Shown: positions 28,018 to 40,945 of the stretch, one piece after another
Position numbering within the stretch: position 1 is the first letter of the stretch
Layout: the number at the start of each line of letters is the position of its first letter
Assembly (NCBI GenBank): GCA_010015585.1
Contig: ML975150.1
Length of the DNA: 64,000 nucleotides
Origin: Eremomyces bilateralis CBS 781.70
Taxonomy: Eukaryota
Strand: one strand, 5' to 3'
Program-made: the position numbers and the translations under genes
Notes under the pieces: model-generated
Database searches by the model: none
Told to the model about the DNA's origin: nothing
Seen by the model: the letters and a program-made list of their open reading frames with translations, nothing else

Positions 28018-28599
28018 CCCTATCGGATGGTTTTCATCTCCCATTTTTATCCCTCAAGAGGCCTCCCTTGATGAAAGGACACCGTGTCTAAGCGGAGGCA
28101 GTAAACACGGTCGTGATGGTGTTGGTGGCATGGCGATACCACGCTCAACGCTTGCGACCTGCACGCGTAATGCGTGCGTCTCTTTCATCGCCACTGCACT
28201 TAGCCATCGATAGAGAACTCTTCCCCATCAATGTTTCCACCCGCGGCGACGTGGACGCGTGCAGTTGGACTTCGCGGGCGGAATCAACATATTAAACATA
28301 AGTTAAGGCAGAAAATTCTACCTTGAAAATTGCTCGCTTCCAAAACCTTTGAGTATGTCCTGGCCGAGCCACCGTGGCCACTTATAGAGAGACCTCCATC
28401 GCAATACGCAACTGCTTCTGGAGAGGCTCAGGAAAGATGGACGCATGGTAGATCTACATTTGCTAACTGAAGGGCAAGTCAAAATAAAATGCGCAAGGCT
28501 TCGACTGTGCAGCTCATATGGTATGCAATCATAGTAAAAGAAACTACTATGATGAAGACTAACAAGGGCAGCCTGGAGCCAATGATCTCTGCCGAGTAC

Positions 28600-30245
28600 G
28601 ACGGGGACAATGTTGGTCTCGGATGACTTGTTACAGGCAGTGCTGGAGACAACCAATGCTTGGACCTGGCTAAAGAATGGTTCCACCGATGTACTCGCTC
28701 GCACGGCAAAGCATGTGCGTTGATCGAAGACGAGCAGTCCCGCGAGACTCGTTCATATCCCACCAGACGAAGCCGAACCCTTGAGAGTATGTCTTATCCA
28801 AGGCTTGAGAGGGCAGTATGCGGCTTTGTCGTACGTTTGGGGAGAGGGCTCCAGATTACAGACAACAACAGCTACGCTCAATGACAGAATGTCAGGCTTC
28901 CGAGCGAGCATACTCCCAAAGACGCTTCGAGATGCGGTCCATGTGGCCCGAAAATTTGGTCTAGAATGGATCTGGGTCGACGCTCTGTGCATCATCCAAG
29001 GAGATACCACTGATTGGAACTGGGAATCCTCCAAGATGGCTTCGATATATGAGAACTCAGCGTTGACCATATGCGCTGATCTTGCCTCGGACACAGACAC
29101 TGGTATTCTGCTACCGCGAGACCTGAAAGTTTCGAACCGATTCGGAGCGAATGAAGAACTTTTGTCTTCAACACATCTCTCAAGACTGGATGCACATGTG
29201 CCACCAGCCGCTCTATTTACGCGGTTGGGCGTTTCAGGAACGCATCCTGGCCTCACGTACTCTTCATTTTCTGGACGACCAGATCGCTTGGGAGTCCAAT
29301 ACCACGCTATATCGAGAAGGTTTCCGTGGACGCCAGGCTTACGCCCCGGATCATTTCGCGAAACACCAACTTGCCGCATACTCCCATCAAGGACGATGCC
29401 CAGAACCCCCAAAGAGTAGCCATGGGCAAGACATCGATCTGCGAGTACGCATCTCCAAGTGGAATGACGTGATCCAAGAAATGGCCATGCGTTATTCCAC
29501 TGTGGATACGGACACGCTGCCTTCGGTGTCTGGCCTCGTCTCTGCGATCCAGACACTAGAGCTAAGTCAGTACTTTGCCGGCGTGTGGTATGGGGATCCG
29601 TTTTCGTCTATGACATGGTACGCCCGCTTTCCTCAGTCCTCTCCAGCATCGTATAAGGCACCTTCTTGGAGCTGGGTATGGACGGCGGGCCGGTTGATGC
29701 GGCGTCGGCATGCTCTGATGGCCGACAGGTAACCAAAGCAAATCGCGAAGTAGAGAAACTGGAACGAACAATACGGGCCACGCCTTCTTGGATACGATAC
29801 GGTACTCAAGAACACGGATCCCCATGGCGAAGTCATGGAAGAAACTCATCTTGTAATGAGCGGCTTGTGCAGAAACGTCTATGTCGCTGAGCATCCAGGT
29901 ACCGTGTATGATGAGTGGACATGGTGTTACGAAGAGCCCAATGAGGAGGGAATGTATGTCCATATGGGCCAAAGGCAGAACGATCACGCCTTCGCATCGT
30001 GCTTTACCGAATATCTTGCGGAAATGTTTCCAGATATTTGTGAAGAATCCGTCGTGTGCTATCTATGTGTGCAGCTTGCTCAGGAGCGAATGCCGGAACA
30101 GGACTTTCCGAAGAATATCGCTCTAATTCTTGAACTGGTCGATAACGATGGGGAGGAGGGATTCCAGCGGGTTGGAATCCTTTTGTTTGACTTTAGTGAG
30201 CAAGATGGTAATTATTGGAAGCGGAGGACGTTGAAACTATTCTAA
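28600..30245 (+). pseudogene. HET-domain protein, multiply frameshifted
   Basis: YAALSYVWG, LPKTLRDAV, IWVDALCIIQGD..ESSKMASIY, RGWAFQERILA, APSWSW and FQRVGIL are spread over different frames, with shifts near 28775, 29155 and 29700-29830. The 5' end is probably further upstream. Confidence 0.88.
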
Positions 30246-30595
30246 ATCAACTCGGGCTCTTACTCTATTAGCCCCTAAACTCTAGTTAGGTTGAGCCCCC
30301 ATCTATTTTCTATAGTCGTTAGCGACATTAGAGAGATTCGAAGCGCACCCTTAGGAATGCATATGATAACTACACCCGGTATAGCGGCGGAAGACGTGCA
30401 CAGCAGCATAGTAGGCATTAATGATGGATGCTTCCGACAGGTAGCAGTTGTTCGTCGTCTCTTCTCGTCGTCTTGTCGTCGGCGAGGTGCAGGCCTGTCA
30501 GTTGGCTCTGTTAGGAAATCGGCGAACGGGTTTTACAAACCCTCCCTACGGAGTACTCCCCAGTAATAATTAAAAACAAAACAAAACAAACCGCA

Positions 30596-32035
30596 ATGAG
30601 CCCCACTCACTCTGCCCGACTGGCTTACATTGACGTCTTTCTTCAGCGCTAACATCGACTCAGTTGTCCGTCGCCAATTTGATGCAGGCTCAGGTGTCCA
30701 CCAGCGATTTTGTTGTTCAACCCCGAGCAGCCTACCCATCACCATCCCGTCACTACGGGGGCAGCGGTGTTCCCGATATCAGCAAAGCTCAAAACGTCGC
30801 CTTTCGTCATCCCGGATAACCTGATGGAGCTAATATCCTGCTCGTACTATCCGCGCACGACGGCCCTAACGGAGGTATTCACCACGACTTTGCGTGGGCC
30901 GCTTGTGCTGTTGTTGCGAACTGTGCATGGGGGGGTTCTTGTCCGGGACGCGAGATGGGCAAAGAGTTGATGTGGGAAAAGACGGCCTCTTGATGGGGAG
31001 TGACTATTACCTTCGATTAACGGATGATGAGGTTCAAGGGGCATAGTAGAAGCGAGAAAATGCATTAGGTGCTGATGGCCCGCTATATAGACATTGAGAA
31101 GTACCCTATCGTCGTATCCTTCGCCCATTTCAAGTTCCCGCACCGCAACCTTCCGCCATACTGGACCTCCGAAGCTCTTCGAATTCCTAGATCGAACCAT
31201 CAGTTCCGTCAGACCGACCTCTCAGATACACTTCTGATGCGCGATAGATCCTGTCGAGTTACCGACCACTACGAAGGAGGAAGGTACTGAAGCCGCGCAT
31301 CTCATCCCGCGAGTCGAAGAACGTTGGTTCAGATCAAACGAAATGTTGAAATACACTTCTCGCCCGCTTCCATCGGTCACTTCGACTGACGACCCTCGCA
31401 ACGCTCCACTGCTGCGCTCCGATCTACACTCTACCTTCGACGCGAAACGCTGGGTCGTGGTCCCGAAGGCAGGAACCTGGGTAGTCCACGTGCTGGATCC
31501 TGGCCCATCAAGGCAGTTTCTAAGCTTATACTACAACGTGACGTTGTAGCCGCTCGAGGACGTGTCAGTTGAATATTTGTTCGCACGATTTGCTTGGACG
31601 ATCTTAAATCGGCTCACATTGACTGGTTTTGCTGGACGACGGAAACCAGTTATTGTAGGCACGGAAGACCAATCGAGTAATATCAAGGAGCTCACGGGCG
31701 AACAGTGGACAAGGCTCTTCCCTCTTCGAACGAAGAGCAGGAGCCAGAGTCCGACAAAAGGACACTGGCAGGAAGCAGCTGAAGAGGATCTTAACGAAGA
31801 AGAAGAAGAGCCCGAGCCCCGGGGTCGAATGAGAAGGAGGAGTTTGAACCTTTCTACTCCCACTTGGTCATCTAGAGAGGATGTTTCCTTGACGGAAGAC
31901 GGAGATAGTCGAAGCAGTACAGGGACAAGTGTGGAAGAATTTGGTCTCTCAAAAAGAAGACAACTCTTACAGCAAGAGCCTAGAACGATTGGGACACCCG
32001 GCGAGAGTGTGGATATGGAGTTCTTAGATACATAG
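30596..32035 (+). pseudogene. Fungal HNH endonuclease (HNH_2) domain protein, disrupted
   Basis: FRHPG*P..GGIHH..ACAVVAN, YPIVVSFAHFKFPH, RDRSCRVT..EAAHLIP, DDPRNAPLLRSDLHSTFD and EYLFARFAWTI. Stops at 30817-30819 and 31547-31549; frameshift near 31280. Confidence 0.85.
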
Positions 32036-33042
32036 CGGAAATAACGGTCAGTGGAATGAGTACTTTGAGTGAACGTGTATATCTGCCGAAGATGGTAGCA
32101 TCAGATTAAATTTCGAAGATCGAACAGTCAACTTCGCAAAGCAAATGACAATATGCCCGCTCATCCGTACTAAATGTCTCGTGGAGCTACGTATGATCTT
32201 CTGTCGTAATAAGAATGAAAAGGAACGGAAGGAAGGAGTAAAATAAAAACTCCTTCGTGCAGCTTCGAGGACCCTAGTCAACCCCCAAAAGGAGGCGTAT
32301 AGGACAAGTCCTGAGAACTATAGAGAAAAGCTTACACATGTTGGGGTTCACGATCAGTGAAGATTCTGAACCCTAGAGACGTTATCGAATTGCTAGAGAA
32401 AAGATGAAGAAGAGGAAAAGGCCTCTCCTTCCGGAGCTCTAAATACACGGGCGTCGCATGGGCGCGATGCGGTTTGCTCATTCACTGCACCATGTGTAGG
32501 CTGCGAACAAATCTCTGACTGAGAGCGACACTGGAAAACTAGGGAGAAACGACAACTTTACAATCCTTTCGGCGGTATTGACCCTCGGATTTCGTTTCGA
32601 CCTCTTTTATACTGCGGGAAGAGTCATGGGGAACGCATCCACCGTAGTACCATCCAACATGACTGCCATTGGCCGGGCTAGAACTGACTATTGCTATACG
32701 AACTTAGTCAAGGAGCGGTTAGAGGGGGATAGCGGAGCTGATCAGGTTTCCTTCACCCAACGCTCCGCCCCCGCCTTGCCTACTCCCCCGCACAATTTAG
32801 ATCCACTCCCCCACTATGTAATGATGAATAAAACCAATTGATTGGCTAGATTAGCTTAATACCCCTTTTGTAAATAGCCCCGGTTCGAATCTTGCACTAA
32901 TTAGTCTTTTTTTCCGCCCTTTTCTCTTTTTTACTACACGGTCTTAATGCCTAAGGCACCTGAGGCATTACATCCACAGATTGGAACATGAACTCCTTGG
33001 TCAAGGTCACGTTGAGGTGCCTTACCAACATATATAATTATT

Positions 33043-33156
33043 AGCGGGACGGGGAGGAGGACGGGGGATAGAGTAGGTATCTACTATGTAGTACACCGCT
33101 GTATAGTCTACAAGCGACTGGGATAGCATAATGAAATCTAATCCAATCTAATCCAA
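33043..33156 (+). mobile_element. Probable 3'-terminal relic of a LINE (or LINE-dependent SINE)
   Basis: A G-rich tract, a short AGTC-N7-GACT stem, then TAATGA followed by a (AATCT/AATCC)4 pentamer tail. This is the layout of Tad-type 3' ends. Confidence 0.5.
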
Positions 33157-33456
33157 CACAACCCAATATATCCTAAACACCCATGTCAATCGACAGGACA
33201 CCTTACTACTTCACCTGGATCTAATCCTAAGCGGGGACATATTCCTGCATTCAACGCCTAGCTCTGCCTGAATTTCAGGCCAAGGCTCACTAATTAAAAG
33301 AAAATGTCCCAACGATGGATGAGCCGAGGAAACTGCTGTAGGGAGGAGGACGACTCGTTATCCAAAAGGACATGCTGCAGCACATACAATAAAAGATAGC
33401 ATCTTTACCTCCTCTCGTTCTTCGAACCTCCCGATACGATTACGACAACATCACAA

Positions 33457-35388
33457 ATGTCGGACTTCAGTCAAAATCAAAGGGTCGCGCCGACCAAAGG
33501 CGCGACTACAACCAAAGAGCTCGAATTCGTCGAGACCATGTCGAATAGTGCAGTCGACCAGCCTCATGTACACGCCAAGGTTTGTCTCATCTTCTCGCTG
33601 AGGATGCCACTGATCCCGACTGTATAGATGAACCCGAAACTCTTCGTCGCACTCCTCACAATGTCGTTCCTCTGGATTGGATCTCAGATTCCCCTTTATC
33701 TGTTCGGCAGCGTGTTACCCCTGATCTATAGCGATCTTGGCGGTGTCGATCGCTACGTGTGGTTCATCATTGGGTACCTCATTCCCTGTGCTGCACTCTG
33801 TCCTTTCGTCGGGGCTCTGTCCGATATCTTTGGCAGAAAGATGGTGGCAATTGTGGGACAGGTCCTGCTCATTCTTGGGCCGGTCGTCACGTCCACCGCG
33901 AACACCATGAACATCGCGATTGGTATGTCTCCCCTCATTCCGTCATCCTCACTCGATAACGTTCGCTTTACTGAATTGGTCGTAGCGGGACAAGTCTTCT
34001 CCGGTCTAGGTGCCGGTCTGAACGAACTGATCGCCCTTGCCGGAACCGCGGATCTGGTCCCCGTTAACAAACGAGGCCAATATGTGGGAGCCGTGGTCTT
34101 GACCATCCTACCCTTCTGCGCATCGACACTCTACGCACAACTCATCGCGAGAGATAGCGACTGGCGCTATGTTGGAATTTTCGTCGGCGCCTGGAACTTC
34201 CTCGGCCTCGTACTCTGCATCTTCAGCTACTCCGATCCGCCCCGGATCTCGACCGAGTACACTCGCAGTGACGTGATGAAAAACGTCGACTACATCGGAG
34301 GCATTCTCAGCACCGTGGGTGTTGTGCTGTTCATGATGGGCATGCAATGGGGAGCCGAACAGGTGACACAGGATCTCCACTGTCTCGATCACGACTAACG
34401 TCCGCAGTACGAATGGCAATCAGTGCAGGTCCTCGTCCCCTTCCTCCTGGGCGTTGTCATCCTCGTCGCTTTTTTCGTCTACGAGTTCAAATTCGCCAAG
34501 TACCCCATGTGTCCGGCCGGGATATTTAGCAAAGACAGACGCACCATGATCTGCATTCTTCTTATCACCTTCCTGTCGGGAGCCAACTTCTTTGTCATGC
34601 TCCTCTTCTACCCAACCCAAGTGTTCCACGTCTGGGGCCACGAGCCAGTCAGCATCGGCTTGAGGACGTTGCCAATGGGCTTCGGCATCGTGATCGGCGC
34701 CGCTATTTCCCTCATCCTCATCCCCGTCACCAGAGGCAGAATCAAACACCTCATGATCTTTTTCACCGCCATGATGACCGCTGGCACAGGAGCTATGGCC
34801 GCCGCACGCACCGACAATCTTCCTGCGGTCCTCGGCATGGTCACTGTGGCAAGTCTGGGTGTTGGAGGCGTCATCATTCCATGCTCCATCATCGCCCAGC
34901 TCATCTGCCCACATGACCTTCTCGGAACAATTACAGCCATCACTCTCTCGATTCGCTACGTGGGTGGTGCGATCGGGTATACAGCATACTACAACGTGTT
35001 CTACGACCACTTTACACCCGATGCCACCCGGCTCGTGGCCATCGGCACCATTGTGCTCAAGGGCATCGTCAACCTCGGCTCCAACCAAGAAAACCTCGGA
35101 CTCATCGAGGAGTTGACAACACTGGCGGCAAAGGCGCAGTTCGCTCAACTCCACGACGTGATTGCGACGGATTCACGAGTGAATCACAAAGATATCGCAT
35201 TCGATCTCATCGTCGACGCCACAGAAGAAGCCATGGCACTGGCGTATCGGTGGCCGTACTGGATGTCCATTGCATTCGGTGGTATTTGTGTCATTCTCGC
35301 ATTCTTTGTGCGAGATATCAGGGCGGTTTTGGATGAAGAAAAGGAAAAGGTGCCGGTTGAGGAGATCCACCACGGCGCACTTCGGTGA
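33457..35388 (+). CDS. MFS efflux pump, TRI12-like (fungal trichothecene efflux pump family), 4 exons
   Basis: FLWIGSQIPLYLFGSVLPLIYSDLGG, VGALSDIFGRK, GAGLNELIALAG, DYIGGILS and SIRYVGGAIG. The frame is intact across three introns. Confidence 0.92.
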
Positions 35389-36047
35389 AATCAACAGGGC
35401 CTATTCAACAGGAATCATAGCTGGTGGGGATATCGAACGGAGAATCATGTCCGCTTCTAAGATTTGCGAGGCTTTTCGGGGTCCTCTTCATTCGAATGTT
35501 CATGTCTTCTAATCTATAAAGTATAAGGGAGCCGTCTTGAACTGATCGCCATCACTATTTGCCGTCCCGCCAGTCCCTTCCGAATGGGCTCCTCTCTGGC
35601 GCGTTTCCTCTACATCATGCGCGTTCATGTTAACTGTCAGGACAAGCCTCACACGGACGACTCGAAGACGGGTCGTCCAAGGGCTATCCGTGTCCGACCC
35701 AGGATACCGATCATCTTCCCTTTTGACCCTACCCGCATCGTATATAGGATAGGAGGCTCCGGCATACCGGCCACTTCGTAGCATCGATACTATATTCTAT
35801 AAAATTGGTTAGAGCTAAGCTCGACGAATGGTCGAACCTCCAGTCCCGGGTCCCAAGGGAGAAATAGCGCTTTAACATTTTAAAGATTCGGGCGGTATAA
35901 GTCTGCTATAATTTGTATAATGGTTCATCGGTCTAAGGAAGCGTATGCGACGCAATGGCGAAGCGACATACCCCTTCTTTGGAACCCCGGGTCTTATATC
36001 AACTGTCTACCATTACTGTAAGTTTGCGTGAGTGTGTGTTCCATTAG

Positions 36048-36220
36048 TGTTACGGCACGGTAGCTGGATGCACACAACATACACATAGCCAAAGATACTC
36101 TAGATTGAGATAAAGAGTAAAGGTATCAGTGACAGAGGAATCTTGACGAGGTTCCATCTCGATGCTACTAGGCTTGATTAGGCTTAGGCTCTCAGCCTAT
36201 GCCAACTAGGGGTGTGTAAT
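36048..36220. mobile_element. Possible degenerate solo LTR
   Basis: Begins TGTTACGG and ends about 170 bp later in GTGTAAT, an imperfect inverse of the start. Non-coding and next to the MULE TIR. No target-site duplication (TSD) found. Confidence 0.3.
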
Positions 36221-36240
36221 GTAAGATGTTGTATAATAGA

Positions 36241-39200
36241 GGGCGGTGAGATTTTCCCCCCGCGCTAGTAATGATGGAAATCAATCGCTGAACTAGGCTT
36301 AGCGCAAATGATTCTATATCTTCTTCAACAGACAACTTCAATGTTTCAATCTATTCCTTATGAAGCCTATCTTCTACTAACGTCGCTGTCTCTTGCGCGG
36401 GCTAAGTCCTTTCCAAGCATTTGAAGCCGTCTCTGCTGCAGCACGCTTAGGACGCTGTCTATGCACATCCCCAGATCCAAAAAGAGGATTTTGAGCAGCG
36501 ACTTGTGCAAATTTTTCAGCATAGAAAGCTTCCATATCTCCAAAGTGATAATTCCATGCCATTGTTGGAGTACAGGAAGCAAACGCCCCTCTTGTCGCGA
36601 GAGCCATATCCCATGCTTCAACTAGTTCTGTAGGGTCGTTTTCCTGCCCTGTCTCTGCCAAAAAATTCATCACTGTGCCAATGTCACTGCAGTTACATAG
36701 AACAGGCTGGAGTCGTCGACGCTCGAAGTCAGCAAAGAACTCTTCCAACGACGGGGGTTGCCAAGCAGGCTGTAGAGGGGATTGAGCCGTAGTAACAGAC
36801 GCAGTAACAGAGACAGGTGAAGACAAATGAGATGGAGTAGGGGAAGATATAGGAGTAGGTGAAGGGATCGATATAGATGGAGAAGTAGTTGTAGAATTCG
36901 TAGCTGTGCAGATGTAGGAACTGATACGGTAACAGCTGTGTTTGTGTGTCGCAAGACCTCAGGAAGTGTTTGACCCTGGGGGTGAGGAGGAGGAGGCTGA
37001 AATTGAGGGATAGAAGGTGGCACACGTCGTTCAAAGCCTGAAAGATCTCGACGAGTTATAGCATTCGTAGGTAGTGCAGATGTAGGAATTGACACAGCGA
37101 CAGAGGTGTTTGTATGTCGTAAGACCTCAGCAAGTGTTTGACCTTGGGGTTGTGGTAGAGAGGGCGGTACACGTCGTTCAAAAGCTGATGGATCTCGACG
37201 AGTTGATGCCTTGTTCTTCCTCGGCGCTCCTCTTGTTTAAGCAGGAAGCGGCTCTAGGATAGATTGATATGGCCTTGGAGAGAGGCTTATTGACCGTCCT
37301 TGCTCACGTTGATAGCGCCAATGATCGTCGTAAAAGTGATTTGGTCGTAATATCGATCCAGAACTTATTACATCTCGCAGCGTATGATGACATGGAAGAC
37401 CGTTTATCTTCTCAAAGAGGCCAGTACAAGGACCCCCGCTACGACGTTGTCTCTGCTCCTTCTAACAACACGCAGCAAGTCGCCTGTTGAAGCCATAAGG
37501 TAGTCCTTCAATACCTTATGCATTCCTTCACCAGGAGAGGTTGTGATTATATTATAGTGTCGATGCTGAGACGTCCAAGCAGCTGCCCACTCGGTACGTG
37601 TATGCCATTGATTGCCACGTAAGTATTGGCAAAGTTCTCGCTGGTCGGCATAGTCTTTGAGTAACTCGTTCCACTTTAGCTTAAATATATGTGGACTCTT
37701 TGCGTAGACAAGCTGCTCCAGTCAGTTCTGTAAAAGAATTATAAGAGGCATTCCCGGAAGCCTTCTAGAAACGCCTCTTAGGCCATTGGCAGGGAGCATA
37801 CCTGACTCTAACGTTTCATAAATTGAGCCCGGTGCTCAGCAATTCTCTGCTTCTCTTCTTTTGTTACGCCATTAGCGTCTCGCCAGGGCTTTTGAGCCTT
37901 TGTCTACACATTCTTGTTGATATGCCATACGCACAGGAGTTATGGAACACCCGGAAATAGAGTGCGAGCTGCTAGTTTTACCGCATCCTCCTGATCGCTG
38001 ATAAACACGCGTGGCTGCGGTGTCCCTGTCTTAAGGAGGAAGTTTGAGATTGCCTAATGGTAATCTGCTTCTTTCTCGCTGTGGAGGAAGCAGAACCCTG
38101 CAGAGAAGAAGGTCTGCAGATTGGTGCAGCCGAGTATGTGCAACAGTGGGAGTTTATACTTGTTGGTTCGGTACGTACAGTCCATCAACAGGGTATCGGG
38201 ATTCGCAAGCAGTAGCTTAATCTGCTTCTGGTGGGCAAAGAAGAGACTTTGTACGTGATTATCCGCATCCTTCTTAACAGTAAAAACCCATTCCGGCGTA
38301 GACAGGTCATCTAATAATGTCTCAATCGGACTCCTCCCATTTAAGTACTTCTCTCTGATTGCCTTCCTCTCGCCGCGAATATCGGTGGCAGATACTAGCG
38401 TGTTCGGATCCTCCTTTTGAATAGCAGCCATTATCTGCATCGGCCGTACCCTAGCATGTGTCATTGATTTAATTGTATCTTCCTGTGCTAATGTACGCTT
38501 GCGATAAACATTATGCGCACTGGGGTTAAGCGACCGGGGATGGTTGTGATGCTTGTGTAGAACCTCCAGCTTCTACTGGTCGTCGCTTTTGTTCTTGAAT
38601 ATAATAAGCCTAAAATGACACCCTATTAAGCGTGTGCTTGTACTCAGAGTCCTTGCTCTTGACTGATAGTTTCCGGATCGATTACAGTGGTAGTAATATC
38701 GTGTCTTGACATTAGAATTGTGAGGTTTACTCCGCTTGAGTAGGAAGCCGTAGCCATGCCGTGCCATGCTGCATGCCATGGTCCCTAAGAGAATTGTAGG
38801 CTTCTTTATAGGACGTGTAAAGACAATCTGGAGGAGGGGCGATATCCTCCATGCTAAGATCTGTAAGAGAAGGAATGTGAGAAAACAGCGGTTCCTGATA
38901 TCAGGTGGTCTGCAAGACAGGTCACAGCGGGAGCTCTGTGTTTGACTAAGAATTGAGACATTGATTGATCTTGCTCCTATACGCCCATATCTAAGTTCTA
39001 TATGCAAATTGATGGCTACCGAGACCCTGGTTTCCTCAAAACGAGCGAAAAAGCAAAGAATGAGGGGTTGGTAACATCGCGGGATGTGTGATACACTGTC
39101 ATGGTTGGGAACACGGGATCGATACCACCTAAATACGAGCAAGAAATGGTGATCACGGGTAGGAAACCGGAAAGCGCTAAAAAACAGAGGTATCTCGAAA

Positions 39201-39384
39201 ACCTGATCTCTAACAAGGAACACCTCCATGCTGGGATTATAAGAGAAAGAACGGATTGAACATTGACGCTGTCCCTGGGCGAAGAGGAGGCAAAATGCGA
39301 GCTAGGCTCAGTTGAGCGATTAATTTTCATCATCACTAGCGCGGGGGCAAAATCTCAAAAGCGGGGGGGAAATCTCACCAGCCC
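36241..39384 (-). mobile_element. Mutator-like (MULE) DNA transposon with TIRs and an inactivated transposase
   Basis: TIRs GGGC(T)GGTGAGATTT..CCCGCGCTAGT.ATGATG.AAAT.AATCGCT at 36241-36305 and about 39295-39384. FAR1-like region HGYGF..YYHCNR..GCHFRL..HNH. MULE core LLMDCTYRTNKYKLPLL..FISDQE. In-frame TAG at 38573 and 38054. Confidence 0.92.
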
Positions 39385-39423
39385 TATTTTAATGTATTAT
39401 AATTTAAGTAATACCTCGTATTA

Positions 39424-40945
39424 TTAATGCCAACTATCAATGGTCTCCTCCTTAAACATCAAGGCGAAATCTAGTTGCTTGGCCGCTTCGAACAGAGGAT
39501 CCATGACATTCTCTGGGAAATTGCAACCATCTATACAGCCTTCGCGGCGGCCGTCGTACACGATCTGGATCCGTTGCAACGGCGACTGCCGCTGCCTCGC
39601 GATCTCCATGAATTCCCCCATCCATTGGTCCAATTCCGTCCCGTGCGTGCCCCCAGGACAGGCCCCGGACCGTGCGAACCAGTCGAACGTCTCCATGACC
39701 AGCGTGAAGTTCCGTAGTTTCGGAGCCAGCAGCGCGTTCGCGGCGTCGGTGGCGTCGAGATCATCGATCCGGTAGCGGGGATTTGCGGTGAAGGTCGGCC
39801 AGCGGATTGTCAGGGTTTCTAGTGCAGGCAGGCCCATGACGTCGAGGGGACGACCGGGCAGCCGGTGGAAACTTCCGATGGCGAGGGAACGCACGGTCGA
39901 ACGGTGGCGGGCAAGAAGCCAGTTAAAGAAGGTCTGGTCATCGTCTGGTGGGAAGGCGACCTCCTCGATGTTATTGTACTCTTTGTACGCGAAGTGCTCG
40001 ATGGTTTTACACCAGTTAACGATCGTCGAGAGGATCAACTCGTCGTGGGAGAAATCGCCGATATCTACCGTAGTAAACGGCGCGGTGCCCTCCTAATAGG
40101 CGGAGTTATTAGCGAGAGAGCAATTACATCGACAGCGGAGGGTTAAATAGGGGTTTGAATAGGAAGAAGAGGGGGTGTGGACATCGATCTTAACTAACTT
40201 TGAGAAGGGCGACGTCGGATCTCGATATTGGTACGAAGCCGTAGATTTGGAGCGCTCGGTCACAGAGGCTCGATCTAGAGCGCATTATATTATAGCAAAG
40301 GCTGTATCCCTCCCTTTCATGCTCAACATCAATCAGCATGACATGATTGATAGACCCAAGCCGCTTCCAAATACCGGCGAGTGGACCAGCACCGTCCGTA
40401 ACGCCTGGAGGACGGATGTCCAGGGGAAAGCTTACAAGCTTAAGACATCGGAGGTTCGCTGTCAACGACAAAATTTCACAGAAGACTTCGATATATTGTT
40501 CGGGCTCCAATGTCTCCATGCAGTACTGTTCAATCATTAAGGTGTGGCAGCGTTGAGCAAGCGCTGGGTTACCTCGGAGCGTGGCATGTAAACTGGCGAG
40601 CCGATCCGAGCGCCGCGGGAATGAGATGCCCAACCAGATCTCGATGTGGCGGTAAAACAGAGGTTGAAAGATCGAACGAAAGCGACGGCAAACTAAGGGT
40701 AGCCAGAAGGCTTCATGGGACGGTCGAACGTTCGGGTGCGGGCATCTTTGTAGACCATCGTCACTCTTCTGCTTCATTTCCTCGCCCGTGCTGGAATGGA
40801 TCTCCTTAGTATCTGGTACAGAGAATGTCGACGCGCCATATCCAATAGAAGCGTAGTCGAGGATTAACTCGAGGAGCTCGTCCGACAGACGTAAGATAGG
40901 AGACTGCTCGTTCAGCTCTCTGTTACCGGTGGGTGCAGCCGACAT
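39424..40945 (-). CDS. F-box domain protein, 2 exons
   Basis: SPILRLSDELLELILDY..LPLVCRRFRSIFQPLFYRHI. An intron near 40094-40198 joins the two ORFs in frame (VALLK|EGTAPFTT). Confidence 0.85.

Noticed and set aside
26944..28213. Long ORFs in the track crossing poly-X
   Set aside because: Artefacts of translating the N-gap.
30570..30600. Reverse-strand resemblance to the 5S 3' end and terminator
   Set aside because: Low-complexity match, better explained as the A-rich leader of the HNH start codon.
32835..32915. tRNA-like GGTTCGAATC box followed by a T-run
   Set aside because: No consistent acceptor or anticodon stems could be folded. At most a degenerate tRNA or SINE relic.
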